Shown in pieces: positions 58,191 to 64,000 of a stretch of DNA of 64,000 nucleotides. The first letter of the stretch is position 1; each line of letters opens with the position of its first letter. Source of the stretch: an uncultured Anaerolineaceae bacterium (lineage in GTDB: Bacteria; Chloroflexota; Anaerolineae; Anaerolineales; DRMV01); the NCBI GenBank assembly GCA_964446575.1, contig CAYUOX010000075.1, positions 23,580 to 87,579 of the forward strand, in the 5' to 3' direction. The notes beneath the pieces are model-generated. The model had not been told where the DNA came from, made no database searches, and saw only the letters and a list, made by a program, of their open reading frames with translations. Both the position numbers and the translations under genes were made by a program.

Positions 58191-59060
58191 ATGCACCCTT
58201 GGGAAGCCCGAGCCCGCGCGGTCGCCAAGCGCGTGCGTTGGCGCTGGCGGCGCTGGCGCGTGGCCCGGCGTTTTGGCACCACGGCCCTCGCGGCGGCCCC
58301 ACGCTTGTTCGGCAACGCCCAAACCAAATCAGGCTCGCATCTGCTCTACCAAGTGCTGCGGGGCTTCACAGCCATCGGCCCCTTCGTCAACCCCGGCCTG
58401 CCGCCGGTCAATCGCGACGAAGCCAACCGCAAACTGTCCCCTGCAGCCATCCAAGCCCGCTTGCGCGAACTGCGCAGCGGAGATGTGGCCTACGGCTATT
58501 TGCCTGGCCGGGAGCCTTATCTCAGTTGGCTGAGCCGAGCGGGTTGGGCCACGGTGCACATTCTGCGCGACCCGCGCGATGTGGCCGTCTCGCACGCGTT
58601 CTACATTGCCGATATGCAAACCGAGCACGAATGGCACGCGTATTTCAACACCGTCGCCACCGACATGGAAAGCCGATTGCGCATCATCATCGCGGGCCAT
58701 CGAGAAGGCGACTTGGTGTTCGAGGACATCCGCTCACGCTACGAAAGTTATTTGGGCTGGCTCGATCAGCCCGGCGTGTTGGTCGTACGCTTCGAAGACT
58801 TGCGTCAACAGCCCCGGCCCACCCTGCGCCGCATCCTGCATTTCGTGCAAGCCCGGGGCGCTTGGCCCTTGGCCGTGCCCGAACCCCAGGCCCTGGACGC
58901 GCTGCAAGCCGCCATCCAACCGCGCAAATCGGGCACCTTTCGCCGCGGCCAACCAGGCGCGTGGCGCGAGCATTTCACCCCGGCCCTCAAGGCCTTGTTC
59001 AAAGAAGTCACCGGTGATTTGCTCATTCGGCTGGGTTATGAGGCGAATCATGACTGGTGA
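58191..59060 (+). CDS. PAPS-dependent sulfotransferase domain protein
   Basis: 5'-PSB-like TKSGSHLL, 3'-PB RDPRDVAVS, VRFEDL and FRRGQPGAWREHF motifs. Confidence 0.85.
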   Translation: MHPWEARARAVAKRVRWRWRRWRVARRFGTTALAAAPRLFGNAQTKSGSHLLYQVLRGFTAIGPFVNPGLPPVNRDEANRKLSPAAIQARLRELRSGDVAYGYLPGREPYLSWLSRAGWATVHILRDPRDVAVSHAFYIADMQTEHEWHAYFNTVATDMESRLRIIIAGHREGDLVFEDIRSRYESYLGWLDQPGVLVVRFEDLRQQPRPTLRRILHFVQARGAWPLAVPEPQALDALQAAIQPRKSGTFRRGQPGAWREHFTPALKALFKEVTGDLLIRLGYEANHDW

Positions 59061-60027
59061 ACGGCCTTGCTGCTCGGTGATCATCCGGGCCTACAACGAA
59101 GAACAGCACATCGGGCGCTTGCTCGAAGGCCTCATGCACCAGACCGTGCAGCCCGAAATCATCTTGGTGGACTCGGGCTCCACCGACGCGACCGTGGCCA
59201 TTGCCCGGCGCTATCCCGTGCGGGTGGTGCACATTCGCCCAGAGGACTTCACCTTCGGCCGAGCGCTGAATGTGGGCATTCGGCACGCGCGCGGCCCGCT
59301 CATCGTCAACGCCAGCGCGCACGTGTACCCTGTCTACCCCGATTGGCTGGAGCGGCTGTTAGAGCCCTTCGCCGACCCTCAAGTCGCGGTCACCTATGGC
59401 AAGCAACGGGGCGCGAGCACCAGCAAATTCTCTGAGCATCAAATCTTTGCCACCTGGTTCCCCGACCGCGAGGGGCCCGTCGTCCAGAACCACCCCTTCT
59501 GCAACAACGCCAACGCGGCCATTCGCCGCGCGTTGTGGCAGCAACACCCCTACGACGAGACATTGCCCGGCCTGGAAGATTTGGCCTGGGCCAAGTGGGC
59601 CATGGCGCAAGGTTACCGGGTTGTGTATGTGCCCGAAGCCGAAATCGTGCACGTGCACGACGAAAGTTGGCCCCAAATCTTCAACCGCTATCGCCGCGAG
59701 GCCATGGCCTTCAAACGCATTTACCCCGAGGCCCACTTCGGCCTTCGCGACTTGGTGCGCCTCTTCGTCAGCAATGTGCTCAGCGATTGGTGGCACGCGT
59801 GGCAACAAGGCCGGTGGTCCCGGGTCGCGTGGGAGGTGGTGCAATTTCGGTGGTGGCAATTTTGGGGCACGTATCAAGGTTATCGGCTGGCGGGCCAGCC
59901 CCTCACGGATCAGTTGCGCCAGACGTTCTATTACCCCCGTGGCTGGCAACGCCCCACCCCCACGCGGCGTCGTGATGTCGCGCCCATCGCCTACGACGAG
60001 CGCGCGCGAGGCCGCGAAGGCTCGTGA
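59050..60027 (+). CDS. Glycosyltransferase family 2 (rhamnosyltransferase-like)
   Basis: SVIIRAYNEE, DSGSTD, FTFGRALN, NNANAAIRR and EDLAWA motifs. Overlaps the sulfotransferase stop. Confidence 0.9.
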   Translation: MTGERPCCSVIIRAYNEEQHIGRLLEGLMHQTVQPEIILVDSGSTDATVAIARRYPVRVVHIRPEDFTFGRALNVGIRHARGPLIVNASAHVYPVYPDWLERLLEPFADPQVAVTYGKQRGASTSKFSEHQIFATWFPDREGPVVQNHPFCNNANAAIRRALWQQHPYDETLPGLEDLAWAKWAMAQGYRVVYVPEAEIVHVHDESWPQIFNRYRREAMAFKRIYPEAHFGLRDLVRLFVSNVLSDWWHAWQQGRWSRVAWEVVQFRWWQFWGTYQGYRLAGQPLTDQLRQTFYYPRGWQRPTPTRRRDVAPIAYDERARGREGS

Positions 60028-60105
60028 GACCCCGCCGCGCGCACCCGCGGCCGACGGAGCCCGCCAAGGCGCGCATCCCCCCTTGCTTCGCAGGAGGTAC
60101 CTGCC

Positions 60106-60735
60106 ATGACGACACGCCGCGAACGAGAACAGCAAATGCGCCAAGCCGGGCGTCTGCCCCCCGGCCAGTCGTTGACCGACAAGTTCCCGGTGTTGCACTA
60201 CGGGCCTATCCCGCCCTTCAACCCGGCCACATGGGATTTTCGCATTTGGGGCGAAGTGCACGAGCCCCGCACCTGGACGTGGGACCAGTTCCAGCAACTA
60301 CCCCGCACGACCGTGGTCATGGACATTCACTGCGTCACGCGCTGGAGCAAGTTCGACACCCGCTGGGAAGGGGTTTCTGTGCGGACCTTGGTTGAGCAAG
60401 GCTTTGTGCGCCTCAAGCCCACGGCCCGCTTTGTCATTCTGCACGCGGAATATGGGTTTACCGCCAACCTGCCCCTCGACATCGTGCTGCAAGACAACTT
60501 TTTGCTGGCCACCCACTACGACGGCCAGCCCCTCACCCCCGAGCATGGCTATCCGCTGCGCGCGGTCATTGGCGTGCTGCCCGACCGCCCCGAACTCAAG
60601 ACCACCTACTTCTGGAAGGGGGCCAAATGGCTGCGCGGGCTGGAGTTCAGCCCCGTAGACCAGCCCGGCTTTTGGGAACGAGCCGGCTATCACAACGAAG
60701 CCGACGTTTGGAAAGAGCAGCGCCTGCGTGCCTGA
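60106..60735 (+). CDS. Sulfite-oxidase-like molybdopterin oxidoreductase (YuiH-type)
   Basis: RLPPGQ, DIHCVTRWS (Mo-ligating Cys), EHGYPLR, WKGAKWL and GFWERAGYH motifs. Confidence 0.9.
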   Translation: MTTRREREQQMRQAGRLPPGQSLTDKFPVLHYGPIPPFNPATWDFRIWGEVHEPRTWTWDQFQQLPRTTVVMDIHCVTRWSKFDTRWEGVSVRTLVEQGFVRLKPTARFVILHAEYGFTANLPLDIVLQDNFLLATHYDGQPLTPEHGYPLRAVIGVLPDRPELKTTYFWKGAKWLRGLEFSPVDQPGFWERAGYHNEADVWKEQRLRA

Positions 60736-60738
60736 CCC

Positions 60739-62226
60739 TCATCGCGCATCCGACGAGCCCGCCACAGGCGGGACGACCACCACCTGCAAGCGTGCGTCCC
60801 ACCAAGGCAGCCACGGCCAAAACCCAGGCCACACGCGCACCCGCGGGGGCTCGCGTCCGGCGAAGTGGGCTTGCAACACGGCCTGGGCTTGCGCTGGCGT
60901 GCGTCCTCGCACCCAAGCCGCTACCTGGGCTGTGTTCGGCGCCGGATACACCAACCGCGTGGCGTGCACCGTCCAGGCCCACCCCTCATCGTGGGGAACC
61001 GGCTCCGCGGCGGCCAACGTCCATTGCAGCGAATCCGCGCGCGCTTGCCAACCCGCGCCCAAACGCGCGTCCAAGGCCTGCTGCAGCCACGTTTCCACAG
61101 TCGCGGGATCCAAGGCCCAGGCCTGGTAGCGCTGCTCTAAGCGCAACCGCAACTCAGCCGTGGCCGCAGGCTGCGCCGGGGTGAACGCCTCGCTTCTCGT
61201 CTCGACCACCTGCAAACTCGCGGGAATCCACGGCCACCCGCGGGCGCGCAATTCACGCGCGGCTTGCTCGCGCAAGGCCGTTTCTGCGTGACGCCGCAGC
61301 GCGGCATAGTCCGCGTCCGTGGGCCAGGGCACGCGCAAATCCTGCCCCCCGTGGGTGGGCTCAGGGTTGGTCACGGTCACGCGCAAGTCCCAGGGCGCGG
61401 GGAGCACGCGCAAGTCGTGCGCGGGCCGGTTGCCCACAGTGCCGGGGCGCAAGGCGCGCACGGGCAGGCGTAGTTGCTGTCCCACCCCCGGCGGCAAACG
61501 GCCCGAGCGCGTCAGTTCGAACACCACCGTAGGGTCGGTGTAGGAGGCAATGCGCAGCCCCGCGGGCAAGTCGACCGCGGTGGCGCCCAAGTTGGTAAAC
61601 ACCACCTGACCGGTGGCGGGCTGGGCCGGCCAGAGCCGCGTGCCTTGGACCGGGCGCCGATATTCGCCTGCCACGGTCACGGTTATCCGCTGCAGTGGTA
61701 GCGCGGCTTCCCCCCCACCCACACGCGCCACCACCGTCAGCGTCGCCTGCTGCGTCTCCCCCGGCACGAGGAGTTCCACCCGCGCGGCGGGCAGCAAAAA
61801 GGCCAACAAAGCCCCCACCGCGGCAATGCCGACCAAGGCCGCGAGCGCGCGCGTCCAGCCTCGTCCCGCCGGCGCCATGCCGCGTTGGGGCCGAGGCAGC
61901 GTGTCCACGCGGCGCGCGGGGCGCACGACCCGGCGCCGCGGCGTACGCCACGGTCGCCGTTGGGCGGTCTCCACGTCAGGGAAGACCAGCACCCGGGCCT
62001 GTTGGGCCCACGCGAGCACTTGTGGGTCGCGGGTGACCAAGGCCAGCCGCGCGCCCAGGCGGGCCGCATAACGGCGCAGCAGCACCAAGTCGACCGGCCC
62101 GCGCAAACGCGGGCGGCCCGCCTCAGGCCACACCAGCAGAATGCGCGGCGCGCGTGCCCACAGCAGTTTGTCTTGCAAAGTGGGCACATCGTCGTACGTT
62201 TGCAGTTCGACAATCGCGGTCTTCAT
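60739..62226 (-). CDS. Membrane-anchored baseplate J/gp47-like domain protein
   Basis: N-terminal cytoplasmic domain and one TM, then ATGQVVFTN..DLPAG...VRALRPGTVGN...VTNPEPTHGGQD, which resembles the Baseplate_J pattern. Confidence 0.6.
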   Translation of the reverse strand: MKTAIVELQTYDDVPTLQDKLLWARAPRILLVWPEAGRPRLRGPVDLVLLRRYAARLGARLALVTRDPQVLAWAQQARVLVFPDVETAQRRPWRTPRRRVVRPARRVDTLPRPQRGMAPAGRGWTRALAALVGIAAVGALLAFLLPAARVELLVPGETQQATLTVVARVGGGEAALPLQRITVTVAGEYRRPVQGTRLWPAQPATGQVVFTNLGATAVDLPAGLRIASYTDPTVVFELTRSGRLPPGVGQQLRLPVRALRPGTVGNRPAHDLRVLPAPWDLRVTVTNPEPTHGGQDLRVPWPTDADYAALRRHAETALREQAARELRARGWPWIPASLQVVETRSEAFTPAQPAATAELRLRLEQRYQAWALDPATVETWLQQALDARLGAGWQARADSLQWTLAAAEPVPHDEGWAWTVHATRLVYPAPNTAQVAAWVRGRTPAQAQAVLQAHFAGREPPRVRVWPGFWPWLPWWDARLQVVVVPPVAGSSDAR

Positions 62227-62419
62227 CGTTTGGCCCCAGAGAGCGCCTTGTCTCAAGTGTACCATCTTCGTAAGCGCCATTCGCGCGTCGCTCGCCCAGC
62301 GAATGCAGGGCCACCCTGAGGCCCCGGACGCGCGCAACGCCCAAGGCTCTGCTTGGGCTGCGCCGCCAGCAGCCCTTGACGCGAACCGGGCTTTTGACTA
62401 AACTACCTGCACATCGCCA

Positions 62420-62686
62420 TACCGAACGACGCGGAACGGGACGAGTACCCGGCGAGTGGGCTGCAGAGAGTCGACGGGCCCAGGCTGCGACCCGCGATAG
62501 CACCGCCGCCGGCGAATGGCCCCGGGAGTCGGCCGCCCCAACGCCGTGACCCACGCGGTCAGTAGGGCGGCACGGTGGCCCACCGTTACCGGGCTGAAGC
62601 GGACCGCGGCCTTGGGCCGCGCGGTCAAGCGGGGTGGCACCGCGCGCGCGTGATGCGCCCGTCCCCGAGGTGGGGCGGGCGTTTTG
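62420..62686 (+). ncRNA. T-box riboswitch leader with Trp (UGG) specifier, controlling trpS
   Basis: Stem I AGAGAG and GCTGCGA motifs, GAA-TGG specifier (62517-62519), T-box AAGCGGGGTGGCACCGCG (62627-62644), and terminator CGCCCGTCCCC/GGGGCGGGCG-TTTT. Confidence 0.9.
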
Positions 62687-62780
62687 TGTCGCCGCACCCC
62701 ATCCGCCTCGCTCGCCGGCAGACGCGCGGCCCATCCCCACGGGCCCGGCCCACAACATCTTTTCCCAAAAGGAGAGGCTT

Positions 62781-63851
62781 ATGGCAACCCCATCTTCGGC
62801 CCCGAAACAACGCCTGCGCATCCTCACCGGCGACCGCCCTACGGGCAAATTGCACTTGGGCCACTATGTCGGCAGCCTCAAGGCCCGGGTGGCCCTGCAA
62901 GACGAGTATGAATGCTTTTTTATCATCGCGGATTTGCACACCTTGACCACGAAGCCCACCAAAGACGACATCGCCCGTTTGCGAGACAACATCCGCGAAA
63001 TGGTGCTGGATTATCTGGCCGTGGGCATCGACCCCGAGAAGAGTGTGATTTTCGTGCAGTCGGCCGTGCCCGAGACTTACCAACTCAATCTGATTTTTGA
63101 GATGCTGGTCACCCTGCCCCGGCTGACCCGCTTGCCCAGCATCAAAGACATGGCCCGCGCGGCCAACATGGATGACGAAGCCATCCCCTTCGGGCTGGTG
63201 GGTTACCCAGTGCTGCAGGCCGCCGATATTTTGCTGCCGCGCGCCCACCTGGTGCCTGTGGGCAAAGACAACCAGGCCCATGTGGAGATCACCCGCGAGA
63301 TCGCCCGCCGTTTCAACCGTTTGTATGGCGAGGTCTTCCCCCTCCCCAAGGCGCTCATTGGCGAAGTGCCGACCCTGTTGGGCATCTACGGCAAGGCCAA
63401 GATGAGCAAAAGCCTGAACAACGCCATTTTCCTCTCCGACAGCCCCGAAGAAGTCGAGGCCAAAGTGCGCCGTATGCACACCGACCCCACGCGCGTGCGC
63501 CCCGACATTCCCGCCGACCCCGACAAGCCCACCAATGTCGTCTTTCGATTTCACGACATCTTCAACCCCGACAAGGACGAGGTGGCCGAGTTGAAAGAGC
63601 GCTACCGCCAGGGCAAAGTGGGCGACGTTGAGGTCAAAAAGCGCTTGGCTCGCGCGCTCAACGCGTTCTTGGATCCCATCCGCGAGCGTCGAGCCTACTA
63701 TCAACAACGCCCAGATTTCATCGAAGACATTCTGGTCGAAGGCACCCGCCGCATGCGCGAAGAGGCCCAGAAGACCATGGCCTTGGTCTGGGACGCGATG
63801 GGCATGTACGGCGTGCAAGCCATTGCCCGCCGCTTGGATGCCGAGGCCTGA
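62781..63851 (+). CDS. trpS: Tryptophan--tRNA ligase
   Basis: TGDRPTGKLHLGHY (HIGH), YPVLQAADIL, VPVGKDNQAH and KMSKS motifs. Confidence 0.97.
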   Translation: MATPSSAPKQRLRILTGDRPTGKLHLGHYVGSLKARVALQDEYECFFIIADLHTLTTKPTKDDIARLRDNIREMVLDYLAVGIDPEKSVIFVQSAVPETYQLNLIFEMLVTLPRLTRLPSIKDMARAANMDDEAIPFGLVGYPVLQAADILLPRAHLVPVGKDNQAHVEITREIARRFNRLYGEVFPLPKALIGEVPTLLGIYGKAKMSKSLNNAIFLSDSPEEVEAKVRRMHTDPTRVRPDIPADPDKPTNVVFRFHDIFNPDKDEVAELKERYRQGKVGDVEVKKRLARALNAFLDPIRERRAYYQQRPDFIEDILVEGTRRMREEAQKTMALVWDAMGMYGVQAIARRLDAEA

Positions 63852-63863
63852 GCCCACCGTCGA

Positions 63864-63888
63864 GCCCGGGGCGCGCCCCGGGCGTTTT
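63864..63888 (+). terminator. Intrinsic terminator after trpS
   Basis: GCCCGGGGC/GCCCCGGGC stem followed by GTTTTG. Confidence 0.65.
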
Positions 63889-64000
63889 GCTTGGGGGAAC
63901 TTCTCCGAGAGGGGGCCGGGGACCGGGGACCAGGCCACGCGCGTCTCCGCCCCGGCTATCGGGAATTGCGGCCGAAGACCAACACATAATATCCCGCGTC

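Noticed and set aside
54657-62226. Prophage remnant (methyltransferase, gpF-like motif, baseplate-J-like gene)
   Set aside because: The genes are interspersed with housekeeping and envelope genes. There is no integrase, terminase, capsid, tail or att site, and no visible compositional shift.

Overview
High-GC bacterial chromosomal segment (roughly two-thirds G+C by eye). Gene content and the many Pro/Thr-linker lipoproteins suggest Chloroflexota, probably Anaerolineae; this is inference. It is mostly housekeeping: the 3' end of dnaA, aroC, pth, rplJ-rplL with an L10 leader, cobU, phoU, tlyA, prs, mutM, uppP, a livKHMGF operon, gyrB, rsfS, thpR and trpS with a Trp T-box. These are mixed with envelope and glycosylation genes (GT-C-like and YfhO proteins, three GT2s, two LCPs, a sulfotransferase), an ArsR plus P1B-ATPase metal module and several uncharacterised lipoproteins. 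I found no rRNA, tRNA, CRISPR array, transposase or prophage. The best leads are: (1) a candidate ~115-nt sRNA at 3724-3840 with five anti-Shine-Dalgarno CCUCC motifs, a strong terminator hairpin and a direct-repeat activator-type promoter; (2) a lipoprotein with six tandem 6-Cys/Trp modules; (3) a 380-aa Ser1 LAGLIDADG intein in the GyrB Toprim motif, in a GyrB that also has EGVSA for EGDSA; (4) a membrane pseudo-histidine-kinase directly after gyrB; (5) an orphan methyltransferase coupled to a small Cys protein resembling a phage head-morphogenesis motif; (6) a solo membrane-anchored baseplate-J-like protein; (7) a CPA2 antiporter/PII-like pair; and (8) a tiny MITE-like element. Start codons were re-called by eye where the ORF track over-extended them.
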